From: Octopus bimaculoides
Lineage: Eukaryota
DNA length: 64,000 bases
Assembly (NCBI RefSeq): GCF_001194135.2
Contig: NC_068982.1
Coordinates: 136,277,574-136,341,573, forward strand
Direction of reading: 5' to 3'
Shown here: positions 1 through 12,359 of the stretch, piece by piece
Position numbering within the stretch: position 1 is the stretch's first letter
How the letters are laid out: each line of letters starts with the position of its first letter
The notes under the pieces: generated by a model
The model's input: only the letters and a program-made list of their open reading frames with translations
What the model was told of the DNA's origin: nothing
Database searches by the model: none
Position numbers and translations under genes: made by a program

Positions 1-736
1 TATATATATAGGTTGTCAAGCACTGTTTACCATTGTATGTAATTGCTTTCGGAGTTTAACCATGTAAATCTCTGAAAAGAGAAGATAATCAGAAAAAAGC
101 AGAAAGTTGCTGTGCAAAGGAAATGAGAAATTGTCACGTTGCAAACTCAAAAATAAATTATCTAAACAGAGCGAAACAACGCCACTCGCGCCTATGCATA
201 CACACGCACACGCACGCACGCACATGCATACACATACACATGCACACGCATGCACATGCATACACATACACACGCACACACGCGCGTACACACACACATA
301 CACGCACATGCATATACAAACACACACACCCACACATAGATACACACACAGAAGCACAAACGCACACACACACACACGCACATGCGCGCTCAAACACAGA
401 CATGCACATACACAGAACAAAAAAATGCCACTCACACATTTGCACACACGCGCTCACATACACATACAAATACAAACACACACACTCACACACACATGCA
501 CACACATGCACACACACAAAACACATACACATATTCAGAAGAAAACAATGCTACTCTCGTATTTGGACACACACTCACACACACGGACACACGCGCGCGC
601 GCGCACACGCATAACACATACACATGTGCACGCACACACAGACACACAGACATACACAGAACAATGCCACTCACGAATTTACAAACGCACGCACACACAC
701 ATACACATTCTCTCTCCCACCTCTCTCTCTCTCTCA
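1..736. repeat. Degenerate (CA)n-rich low-complexity tract ending in (CT)n
   Basis: Directly visible; all overlapping ORFs are His/Thr or Cys/Val repeats. Confidence 0.95.
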
Positions 737-740
737 TACA

Positions 741-1010
741 GGAACGATGATATCAATATCTTCGACCTCCCTTTCAGGGATAGCCTCCACCCAGACCAGG
801 TCTGAGTCATGGACGCCAGCCTGCCCGTAACCTCGCTCCAATTCTTCTCTGTCTGGGGGACTAGACCAAACCAGACCCCAGGCATTTTCACCGGACCACC
901 TGTCCAGCGTCCGACGACGTTGCTAGACGACATCGACTTGCCGCACTTCACTTACTCAGACCGCTACTATTCTTATGTAGCGTTCCAATCCATTCTCGCC
1001 AGGGGGCGTC
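741..1010 (-). mobile_element. Tx1/L1-clade LINE fragment (region after the RT domain)
   Basis: Clear nucleotide similarity to about 10075-10300 (ccctttcaggga..cagaccaggtctgag..cctcgctccaatt..ttttcaccgg); the translation WTGGPVKMPGVWFG parallels DGRPVKILGTWLGPDLQ in the long copy. Confidence 0.85.
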
Positions 1011-1451
1011 GTATTTCCGTACAGCAATCATTACATCAGTTTAAATGCAGGGATATCCTCAACTGCATAAATAGAATTTTTAATCAGTTGGACACAATAA
1101 TATAATTTTACTCAAATTCTCTAATACAGTAAGAAGAGGGAAAGAATCAAAGTTGCAACTTATGTAGCTAAGGATACATTAGTAGCAACATGGACTTTTT
1201 CCCTTTTCTTACTCTATTAGTGAATTTTAGTAAAATTATATTAATGTCTAACTGATTAAAAATTCTATTTATTTATTTATGCAGGTGAGAATAGCCCATC
1301 ATTTAAATTGATGTAATGGTTGCATCGTTGAATTAAATGGAGCCGCTTGGAACGGTCGTACTGCATCACGTCTTGATATCATGCTGCTTATTTTGATGTT
1401 ATTTATATATACTTACACATAGTCACACACGAAGGCACAAACACACGCACT

Positions 1452-1499
<48 letters not shown>

Positions 1500-2234
1500 C
1501 TTATATATGGCCTAACTCACTAGCTGACGGGGTGAGATCATTTCAAAGCTACAACAGTGCGAGGAATAGTGTGACTAATATTGTAAGTAACATTTGATAG
1601 TTTGTTCGATACAGTGATTTTGTGGTATGCTTTTATATATAGTACATTTAAAGACGAAGAGAATAAGACTTACACAGAGATAAGTAAATGTCCGAATGAA
1701 CGTATGCGATAACATATGCTAAGGACACCAGATATATGAAGATGTGTGCATCCATGCATATATGCTGTTAGGAATACGACGTAGGTGGTGAAAAAAAATT
1801 ACATGCCTATTGAATTTTACACTCATCTAAATACACATCTTCATGATTTGTACCAACGCATCTCTTCTATAAATATCCTGGTCTCCATTTTATCATTAGT
1901 AACATCATTTCTTTCTCAAATTTTAACGCTTCTTAACAAATGTAATACTAATCTGTGTCATTTAATCATAGCATGAATTTTTGATCCTTGACTCCTGCTA
2001 ACTTGACGAATCCCATGTTTCCTAGATACAAAATAATTTGAAATATCTTTGCTGGCCTTCGTATACTGATCGTATAAGCCGCCCTTGGCAACATTTCGAA
2101 GTTACTGTTATAACATGTGCTTAGTGCAAATCATGTTGTGTAACCTTCAATAAATCAATGTTGTATATGTTTGTGTCGTCGAAAACACATATATTTATAT
2201 ATTCATACACACATAATGCATACATACACAAAAA

Positions 2235-2292
<58 letters not shown>

Positions 2293-3579
2293 CGAGTGTG
2301 TGTGCTCTGTATATATTGGAGACACTGAATACCATAAAAGAATATAAAATGTAGTTCTAGTATATCTGATCGATGTACAGCAGCAAAGGTGAACAAATAC
2401 ACCGCTGGCTACAAGTAATGTCAAACAAAATGTTTTCCTTCCAAAACTGGGCAAAAGTTTTTCGCTTTTTCTGCTGTTTAAAAATTGATGTAACTTCTAA
2501 TATTCTAATGTAGTTTTAAACGTTTGAGTAACATTTGTTTCTCATTTTTCTTTTTAGAAAATACCTGAAGGCATATATTTGTTATTTTAGAAAAGGACAA
2601 TTATTGGAAGAGCAAATTACGGCTTTGTTTGCGTATATAATCATAGATGTACCTATGCATACATTTTATATAAAGAATTCTAGGCTGGTTGATGCGTATG
2701 TTGTAAGAGAATGACACACAAAAAAAAGGTGAGCGGAAATTATGCTCCATTTATACATTGCATTTTCAGTCTTTTACATAGAATAGCCCTGCATATGTTG
2801 ACACGAACACAGACATATGAACACATGCATAGAAAGACAAGGCGCTCATACATATATCTATGCATATATAATTTTTAATTTATTTTTAAAAGTCTTTTCC
2901 CTTTCCAATATTCAAGTCAGTCATTTACAAAGCGAAAAGCTTCCTTTCTTTAAATCCAGACAAGTCATGGGATGTATCGCATTTCGTTGATGTCTGCATG
3001 TCTATATACATGATTTTTCATATATATGCCATGAGTGTTTTATGGACTTATGTATCTATGTATGTATACATGCGTATACATACATCTACGTCCTTCAATT
3101 CGTTTCTCGAGTTTTTCAGATTGAAATCATTTAAAAAATTGTCCTTAAGCTTTGGCTCAAACGTCATGGCAACCCACACGAAAAGTTGAAGTATCAAGTT
3201 CAAAAGAAATATTTCAATCTGGAAATACGGAAAACATATGAATTCTGCCTTCGTCGACAAATAGTAAGATGTAAATTTCCCAACTTTCGTCTGCCTTACG
3301 TAACTGGTCTGATATCAATAATTTAGCAACACCAACCAGCACCTCCACTTTGGTCACAACCCGCAGCTTATTTTGAGAAAAATATAATCTTATGAAATCT
3401 TTCTTTCTCTAAGATTGTCATCGTTAGGAACACAACTAAATTATGAAAACTAAAAACATGCAATTGAAGCACTAAGAGATTAGCTGCCAAATCATTTTGT
3501 CAAAATTCTTTTGCCGGCTAAAGAGAGAAAAAGTCCTGGCAGTAGTAATGGTTCCGCGTAACTAGTGTCTGTAAGATGC

Positions 3580-3835
3580 ATTAATTAAAACAGAAAGCAA
3601 TTTTGTATCGAAACTGTTTCTCAAACTGCAAAAGGATTTACTAACTGAGGTGGCTGTACGAAAACATGTTTGGCAATAGTATAAACTCGCAGCTTTTGTG
3701 GACATTTCCGGTTAATAGCCATAACTATATTTCAGTTGAAAGTGTTGTTGATCAGGAAGAAAATGTGCATTATCCCGCAGAAATTTCAACTTCAGTGGAA
3801 TCTTTAGACTTACTGCCACACAGATTTTATCTCTG
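3580..3835 (+). pseudogene. Possible Helitron PIF1-like helicase remnant
   Basis: 3735-3833 translates VESVVDQEENVHYPAEISTSVESLDLLPHRFYL, resembling the helicase motif SIDxVxDxDxxVxYPxEFLNSLxxxGLPPHxLxL; upstream LKQKAILYRN resembles LxERAILAPxN. Confidence 0.5.
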
Positions 3836-4775
3836 ATAATAAAAAGAAGAAAAAGGAAAAAGAGAGCAAGTACCTAATTATGCTGCTGTGTTATTTAGAT
3901 CAGCTACGACTATGTTATAGAAATAGTCTGATGATGTATTCCACGTCATCGTCGACATGATTATATATAAAATGAGAAGCAGTTATACCAAGTATGTTCC
4001 TCGTAATTAACAGACCAAGAATGTCCCAGTTAATCAACTTTTAGAACATCTAAGATTTATCATGTCGACCAATAAATCCTCGAGGTAAACAAAGACATTT
4101 ACTAAAATAAATTCTGAGGAATATTAGTTAGTGAATGACCACTTCCATGATGGTCGTTCAAGAACTAGGACCCTTGGTAATCTCTTCATGCACCTCTCCA
4201 TAAGAACAAAGCATTATTTATTCTACGCTGCTGGCATTACAATGTTCAGAATTCCCAAGCGTGTAATGGATACAGATATAATTTCATGTGAGTTGAGGCA
4301 ATTCGAAACTCTCACTATTTTTTATATCAATAAATGTATTGCAGTTTCAATATTTGGATATGTGGATTACATCTGAGTATTTCGATTTCGATGAATAAGA
4401 ATGATTTTATTTCGCTCAAAAAATAGAGTAGAACTTAAATAGCATCTCTCTCATTGTTGTTAGATAATGTTCTTTTAAAGATCTTCCCAACACTGTCTGC
4501 TCCTAACACTCGAGAACTGCAACAGACCTAATCGGTCCGAGCATATCTGCAGATTATAAAAATCCTGCTTTCCTTCGGTGAAGTTATTTCTCTTTTTCGT
4601 ATCATCATTGTAATATACCCTCAACCGGCTAAAATTTCGCTACACAGCTCTAATCGGAATACCCACGCCTCGTTCAATGGCAGTAAGTGACGTCGCTAAC
4701 TGGTATCATTAATTAGCCAAAATACCTACCAATACCCACGTGACCTGATAAATCTAATGAAGATTCAGATATTCT

Positions 4776-4987
4776 TTTCTACTCTAGACACAAGGCCCGA
4801 AATTTTGGGGGAGGAGGCCAGTCGATTAGATCGACCACAGTACGCAATTAGTACTCAATTTATCGGCCCCGAAAGGGTGAAAGGCAAACTCGACCTTGGC
4901 GGAATTTGAACTCAGAACGTAAAAACAGACGAAATACCGCTAAGCATTTCCCCCGGCCTGCTAACATTTCTGCCAGCTCGCCGTCTT
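4776..4987 (-). mobile_element. tRNA-derived SINE, family A, with 19-bp TSD
   Basis: Homologous to 7662-7879 and 38384-38595; flanked by atgaagattcagatattct at 4757-4775 and 4988-5006. Confidence 0.92.
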
Positions 4988-5029
4988 ATGAAGATTCAGA
5001 TATTCTCATCTTTAAATTCCCTTTATTCT

Positions 5030-5065
5030 TTTCTACCCTAGGCACAAGGCTCGAATTTTTTTTTT
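5030..5065 (-). mobile_element. Extremely 5'-truncated family A SINE tail with 15-bp TSD
   Basis: ttttctaccctaggcacaaggctcgaattt matches the family A 3' end; flanked by aattc(c/t)ctttattct at 5015-5029 and 5066-5080. Confidence 0.75.
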
Positions 5066-6397
5066 AATTCTCTTTATTCTGTCTCAATTATATGTGAAAA
5101 CGAATACGTGTAGCTGTGTCTGCCAATTTCTATATAATATGGTACAGAGTCAATCTGTTATTAAATACTTACAACTTCAAATAACTGTGATAACTGCTAC
5201 TGTACATCATTAGTACACCTACTTATATGCTTTTCGAAATATCGTGAGCTAATTACGTCGTGAGCTAATTATAAATGAAGCGATAATATTGTCTCGTCTT
5301 CATTAAACAGCTTCAGAAGAAAGTACGAGGAAGGTTAGGTTGTATGAATAAATTATATGAGGTATTTTCAATATTCAAATCTAAAACAAAGCAAATGTAC
5401 AAGCTCGGAGTAGAATGTGTTTCAACTAGTTTATATACAAGAGTTTAGATTTTAAGACGGTTGACTATGTTAGCTCTGTAAAGCTACTTTTTAGAGATGA
5501 TCAGGGAATTTAGGTTTTTAATGAAATTATCTAGAGTTTTTCTGATCTTGTACATGAGATATGTGTTGAAATTGTAAACTTGTCTGTATAAGCCTCCGCA
5601 GTTATATCTTGCAGCTACTGCGTAAGACATTAAGGATCTATAATACGATTACGTCGCTCATCTTGTCTGAATTCTTCGAATCTCTGCTTCCTTAGACAAG
5701 CTTGAACTTACTTTTATTGATCCAATTAGTGTTACTGAGAAAAAAATTCACTGCCTGTGTGATTCTTCTAAACACACACATACATGGGTCTATACATGAT
5801 ACATACATACGTACGTACATAAATACATTGACACACACACACACATGATTTGTTTTAGTCGTGGGGAAGATATCATTGGTACGTTGGTTCCATATATTTT
5901 CAGTAGAATGATCGTTCGATTGATAATATTGAACCATGAACGCACCCAAACACGTATCTGAAACAGCCATACACCCATAATGATAAATAAATGTATGTAG
6001 TCCATTATTTCAGCCTATCTTATATCTTCACAGACACACGCACACACATACAAACACACACATACATATGTATGTACATAAATTATATGTATATGCGTAT
6101 GTGTGTGTATATTTGGTACAATTCAGGAAAAAATCTCGTAACGTGCATTTAAAAGCTCTTATATCGATATCTGGCTATTACATGTTAACTCATAGTCAGG
6201 CATGTTCCAGTGTGGTAAATAACAATGCTAATAGAAATCTGGGAGAAAGCAATCACATCCAACACTCTGGATACTATCAGTTCTCTGAAAAAGGGTTAAA
6301 TTTATTAGAAATGATACATTTCTAAATCTCTCAGAGAGACGTAAGCAGTAGTGATACGATAAAGTAGTTGTATGCTGTCAACTTAACGTGACAGTCC

Positions 6398-6697
6398 CAA
6401 GAAGGGAATCATACTACTGCTATTTAGCCCTAGGAAGCTGCACCACTTCTTGCCGGCCTTGACACATTTCCTGTGTCCTTGTTTATGAGGGGGAGACAAG
6501 CACCTTCACCCAGCCAAGTCTGCATCCAGGGACATGTTTCTGAGTTTTTTCTCGTCATCAGCCTGGAGTAGCGTGACTTGCTGGCTGAAGATGCCTGTTA
6601 AGTTCTCGTAAACATACAATCAGCCAGCAAGTCATGCTACGACAGGAAGCGGTGCAGCTTCCTAGGGCTAAATAGCACTAGTATGATTCCCTTCTGG
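6398..6697. repeat. Fold-back element: 55-bp inverted arms plus an inner 21-bp hairpin
   Basis: 6398-6452 versus the reverse complement of 6643-6697 matches 51/55; 6568-6588 versus the reverse complement of 6620-6640 matches 20/21. Confidence 0.92.
6525..6567 (-). ncRNA. Minimal type I hammerhead ribozyme motif
   Basis: Minus strand TCCAGG-CTGATGA-C-GAG AAAAAA CTC-A-GAAAC-AT-GTC-CCTGGA: 6-bp stem I, intact core, GUC cleavage triplet, palindromic ACATGT stem III. Confidence 0.75.
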
Positions 6698-6968
6698 ATT
6701 TAAATTTATTTATCTTTTGAAACAAAATTTAAAATGTAAGGAGTATTCGTTATAAAATATGATCGATCGATGAAATGTATAGTTAAACAATTATAATAAT
6801 TCTGTGGTAGACCGAAATGATGCAATAGTGATAATAGCTACAGAGGGGCATATTAACTAGTAACGGTCGTAAAATATGAAATATAAAATATACTTATGGG
6901 AAATATATATATTAAAAACTATATAACATTCAAGCGAATATAATTTGATAGTTATTATATCGTAATGT

Positions 6969-7307
6969 GAAGGCGAATGTCTCAGTGGTTAGAGCGTCGA
7001 TCTTACGATCGTGAGGTTGTGAGCTCGATTCCCGGACCGGAATGCATGTTGCGTTCTTGAGCAAGTCATTTTATTTCACGTTGCTCCAGTTCACTCAGCT
7101 GTAGAAATGAGTTGCCATATCACTGGTGGCAAGATGTATCGGCCCCTTTGCCTTTCCCTTGGGTAATATCAGTGGTGTGGAGAGGGGAGGCCGGTATGCA
7201 TGGGCGATTGCTGGTCTTCCATAAACAACCTTGCCCGGACTTGTGCCTGAGAGGGTAACTTTCTAGGCGCAATCCCATAGTCATTCATGACCGAAGGGGG
7301 TCTCCTC
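6969..7307 (+). mobile_element. tRNA-derived SINE, family B, full length
   Basis: tRNA-like head with A-box-like (tgtctcagtgg) and B-box-like (agctcgattcc) motifs; flanked by atatcgtaatgt at 6957-6968 and 7308-7319. Confidence 0.85.
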
Positions 7308-7319
7308 ATATCGTAATGT

Positions 7320-7657
7320 AAGGCAATGAGCTAGGAGAATTGTTAGCGGTATTGCATCTGATGTTATCCAAAGGAGAAACAAAGGCCGATACAACATGGC
7401 ACCAGTGACGTCGCAACTCATTTCTACAACTGAGTTAACAGGGGCAACGTGAAATGGAGTATCTTGATCAAGAACACAACCTGCAGCCCGGTCACAACCT
7501 CACGATCGTCTGTCTTTACGTTCTGATTTCAAATTCCACCAAGGTTGACTTAGCCTTTCATCCTTTTGGGATCGCTAAATTAAGCATCAGTTGCCTTTTG
7601 AGGTTGATCTAATCGACTGGCATCCTTTCGGGCCTTGTGCCTAGAGTAGAAAAGAAT
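7320..7657 (+). mobile_element. Family A SINE interrupted by an inverted family B fragment (about 7354-7509)
   Basis: Family A head ends at gttagcggtatt, the body resumes at cgtctgtctttacg; the intervening sequence is a diverged reverse complement of about 7005-7175. Confidence 0.8.
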
Positions 7658-7661
7658 GTAA

Positions 7662-7879
7662 AACGGCGAGCTGGCAGAATCGTTAGCACGCTTGACGAAA
7701 TGCTTAGCGGTATTTTGTGTCTTCACGTTCTGAGTTCAAATGCCGCCGTGGTGCCGGGGTCGACTTTGCCTTTCATCCTTCGGAGTCGATAAATTAAGTA
7801 CCAGTTATGCACTTGAGTCGATGTTATCGACTAGCCCCCCCCCCTCTAAAATTTCAGACCTTATGTCTATAGTAAAAAG
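7662..7879 (+). mobile_element. tRNA-derived SINE, family A
   Basis: ggcgagctggcagaatcgttagc..gttctgagttcaaat..gtcgataaattaagtaccag; followed by gttattatatcgtaat, identical to 6951-6966. Confidence 0.9.
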
Positions 7880-8516
7880 GTTATTATATCGTAATTTGGC
7901 ATTAAGAAAAACTTTAGCATTTGCTAGAATGTGCAGCTAAAGCTTTTTGGAAGTGGGTAACTATCAATATATATAGAGGTAGTTGGGATGGAGTAGACTA
8001 CACATTAATTAGTGCTGGGCGAATAGAAGTTAATGTATATATACATGGGTGAAGAATTGCTAATTTGCAATGGTATAAGATAAGTGTATTTAAAAATCTA
8101 AAGAAAAACTAGTAAATTAAACAAGCATGAAATATATGAAAGAAAGCCGGCTTGTTACTTAAAGATTAATAACCAGTAGAGATCATAAGGGTATCAGGAA
8201 AACCATAGTGGCCGGAGAACTAATAAACAATGGAGACAAGAGATAATTTTAAGAAACTAGCCATGGTCGTAAATAGATAACAGTGTATTTCTGTCTCTCG
8301 CAAATTTATTATTTTTATTTTTATGTTATTTTATTTCCCTTGGCTCACTTAAATCCACTACTTCGTAAGGTAGTTTTCAGTTTTTTTTTTTCTTATTTAT
8401 ATATTGTTTCTTTTTTATTTGACTACCACCATCACACAAGAATAATTTTGTTATATTTTTTCCTTTTTTCTTAATGCTATCAACACTTCATTTTCTTTGT
8501 TTACCATATAGGCTAA

Positions 8517-8880
8517 GAGGAGGCGCAATGATCTAGTAGTTAGGGCAGCGGACTCGCGATCATAGGATCGCGGTTTCGATTCCCAGACCGGGCATTGTGA
8601 GTGTTTATTGAGCGAAAACACCTAAAGCTCCACGAGGCTCTGGCAGGGGATGGTGGCGAACCCTGCTGTACTCTTTCTCTCACTCTTTCTTCCTGTTTCT
8701 GTTGTGCCTGCAATTCAAAGGGTCAGCCGTGTCACGCTGAATATCCCCGAAAACTACCTTAAGGGTACACGTGTCTGTGGAGTGCTCAGCCACTTGCACG
8801 TTAATTTCATGAGCAGGCTGTTCCGTCGATCGGATCAACTGGAACCCTGGACGTCGTAAACGACGGAGTGCCAACAACAA
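8517..8880 (+). mobile_element. tRNA-derived SINE, family C, with 12-bp TSD
   Basis: tRNA-like head with B box ggtttcgattcc and (CAA)n tail; TSD catataggctaa at 8505-8516 and 8881-8892; near-identical to 63736-64000. Confidence 0.92.
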
Positions 8881-9094
8881 CATATAGGCTAAAGAAAGAG
8901 GGTACGATACAAAAACAGACAAACAAATAATGGGTCGAATATGATTAACAGTATGAATGAGCAATTTGAAACATACAAAATAAAATAGAAATGTATGATT
9001 AGCAAAATGAAGCGGAGGACGTGGTTGAACCCGCAAACCATATTCTCACTTAATGTCACAATCTTCAGTTTGAATTTTCCTTTTCATTCTCTTG

Positions 9095-12000
9095 CTTAAT
9101 CAGGTCGTTTCACTCGCAACATACTCGCCACAGACTTCCATCTTTTACGAAACACACTTTGCAATAGGCATTTCTTCTCCAAACTTATTTTTCTTTTCAT
9201 GTGGAAAACGAAAAAGTTAACTAACCCAAGGCTAGAGATAAACATTGCCTGTCACAATCCCTTTCACTCTCGTCTTCAATACTACCTCCTTCGCAACAGC
9301 AACTACTGAGAGAAAACAAGCCTGCTCTTCCATATTTAGGGAGGAACAATCTAGATTCGCTCGACAGTTGTACTCTTCTCGAATGTGACAGCAGGTGTTC
9401 GACATAAGCCCAGAGTTCGGGCATTGCAGAATCGCGTGCAGAACAGTTTTACTGCCCCGCCCGCATCTTGGACAAGCCGTCGAAGGCGCAGACCCAAGTT
9501 TAAAAAGCTTATCTCGGAAAGGTAAGGTGCCTCTGTAACATTGCCATGCTAGGGGCTTGTGGTAATTATCCATAGGACCTGACCCGAATGTTCTTCGGTA
9601 TAGGCTGGCGAGTTGACCTTTATCGGAGCCCAGGGTTTATCCCAGGACGTCATCACACTTGAACTCTACTAACCCTCTAAAGAAGGACGAAGTAGAACCC
9701 TCACCACCGGTGTTGCCCGACTGGCAACACTCTGCATGCCACGTGCCCAACCTCGGTCTACGCTTAATCCATGGGTCCAGTTCAGTAAAGAGTATGAGCC
9801 GTGGAAATAACAGCTTGACAAACGGAGAAAACACCTGTTCACCGTTCAGGTAAAGCCAAAAGTGCCTAAGCCTCAGCGCATGTCTGCGCATTTTTAGCCC
9901 GGCATCCCTAGGCCATCCTTCATCGGTTTTTGGTAGCAGATAGAGCGCCTTACAAGAGATCCCCTGCCCCTCCACGCAAAATGGAAGAGTATGCCTTCCA
10001 ACTTGTTCGGCCACGAATCGGGACAAGGGACGACGGTCAGGCGCTAGATAATCACAAATGCGATACACACCTCTGCGACCTCCGCCCTCCCTTTCAGGGA
10101 CAGCTTCCGCTCAGACCAGGTCTGAGTTTTGGGAGCAACTCTGCCTGCCTCCTCGCTCCAATTATTCTCTATTTGGAGATCCGGACCTAACCAGGTTCCA
10201 AGAATTTTCACCGGTCGTCCGTCCAACGTCGCACGACACTCTCGGACAGCATTGACGTGTCCCTCCAGGTGCCGAATAGCAAGCCGATCGATTCATCCTG
10301 GTTAATGTTTGATTCCCCCACAGCTTCCTAATCACTTATGACCTCACTTACCCGACGTATATGCTCGACCCGGGATACGATGACGGTGATGTCATCTGCG
10401 TACGTCGAAGCCGACCTTCCGCACCCTAGATCTTGCGGAGTGCCCCTCATAGATTCCAACTTCCTCTGCAATGGCTTGAAGGCCAAAACGTACAGAAGCG
10501 GAGAGAGAGGGCACCCTTGATGCACCGATCGTTCAATGCAGAACGGCTCCGCATCCGAATAATCGATTCGATGTCGCTGTATAAAGCAGTAATCCAACCA
10601 CGAAGGCCGGGCCGAAACCAGCCGCCGAAATGGACCATAGCCCCATCCTTTCCAGAAATTCTATTTACCCTCTCTAAGGTATAGTGGAGAAAGAGGAGAT
10701 TGTCCTGAACGGATCTGCCAGGGATCGCACGTGTTTGACCTATCCCAACAAGTCTACTCACGACTCGCAACAACCTTTTTGCTAAAACCTTGGCCAAAAT
10801 CTTCAGCTCTGCGTTAAACAGAGTGATGGGCCAAAAATTATCAATTAGGTCCACCTTGTTTGGGTCATTTCTTAGCAGCGCCACAACCCCCCGGCACACA
10901 AATTTTCCCATTCTGTTGCTAGTTGGTGTACGCGCATGTAAGTAGGTGCCCAAACAAGTCTTTCATACTAGAATACAGTTCATAAGGCAGACCATCAAGT
11001 CCAGGCGATTCGTCCCCACCGCAATCTGCTAACGCTTCCTCGACCGCCATAGCTGTGATCGGCCCTTCACAAGATTCCGCATCCTATCCCGAGAAACGCG
11101 GCGAACTGGCCAGGAAGTCTGCGAGTACCCTACGTTCCGGTACGCCCCACTCCCGAAAAGCTGGGTAAAATACTTGTGAAACACCTTGCACATCTCGGGT
11201 TCGTTTACTGAACGACAAAGTGGGTCCGTAAAAGACCGTATGGTTGAGCTATTGCTGCATAGGCTCTCTACCACCTGGACCCATCCAGTCGCGTTGATTC
11301 CTTCTTGTCACATTGCACGTAACTTAGCCCTGACAATGCACCCTTCATGTTTAGCTTTGAAATGTTGGTCGAGTGCCAACCTCGCCGCAAATACTTTGGA
11401 TGCAGAGCCTGACCTCATTGCCTCTTTTACTGCTTTAACTAGCATCCTTTCTACTCTATTTCTAGCACTAGCTAATTCTTTACTAAACCTAATTGACTCA
11501 AATGTTATGGCTCTCTGGAAGGCGAACCACCATTTATTATTTATAATGGATCCGATTAATACCCTTATAACTAACTGTCTAATCCTGTTCCTGTATGTTT
11601 CACAGCTCAATAGCGACTTGTTTATCTTCCGGTAACCGGAACCCTGTCTACACATGATTTCTAAGTCGAGCGTACAGGTAAAAAATTTGTGATCAATATA
11701 GCTGACAATACGGTGTTGTGGAGAACTAACTATTCTCTTATCCTTACTTCTTACAATAATTCTATCTCAGTAAGATCTGGACGACCCATTGTTATTTGCC
11801 AATGTCCACGATGGAACGTCTGGGTGGTTCAGTCTGAATTGGTCTGCCAGCTCAAAACGACTTAGCAGACCGCTGAGGCAAGAGTATCCCCCCTTATCCG
11901 ATCTTGAGCCAACATAATTTACGCGTGCATCGTGGATTGTGTTAAAGTCACCTAGCAAAAATAACGTATTTGACGTACCTAGAAAATTCTCTAGGTTTCT

Positions 12001-12340
12001 GAAGTAGTCACACTGTCCGGCTTTTCCTTCACAGGGAGCATAGACAGCTTCCAGCCTAAACACTTTACCACTGCTGTGCGTCACATCCAAAACGACCAAC
12101 CTCCATTAAGGATTTACTAAGACAGTTCTTATCTCTAAATCCACATTTTTCATGAATAGCACAACACCTCCCCACCTCCAGGTTGGCTTGGAGAAATAAA
12201 TTTCTTTTAATCGCTTAGGAGGCGTGAAAACGATTCCAACCATAAGATATGAAAATGGATTTAGGGGAGAGATTCCAGCTTCCCCAGATTCTCCATACAA
12301 CCCTAGGTCCAGGTGTGTTCCTCTTGTCTGAAAAGGCCAA
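9095..12340 (-). mobile_element. Tx1/L1-clade LINE ORF2 pseudogene (AP endonuclease, RT, C-terminal zinc knuckle), frameshifted and 5'-truncated
   Basis: APE motifs VYAP, LLGDFN and SRSY(LD); RT motifs WPITLFNAELKILAKVLA, QGCPLSPLLYVL and YADDITV; C-terminal CPRCGRGSKTVLHAILQCP. Confidence 0.95.
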
Positions 12341-12359
12341 AAAAAAAACTTATCGTAAT

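Noticed and set aside
16-830. Long ORFs up to 232 aa, and similar HTHT/CVCV/YIYI/poly-I/poly-L/poly-N ORFs throughout
   Set aside because: They are translations of microsatellites lacking stop codons and have no protein-like complexity.
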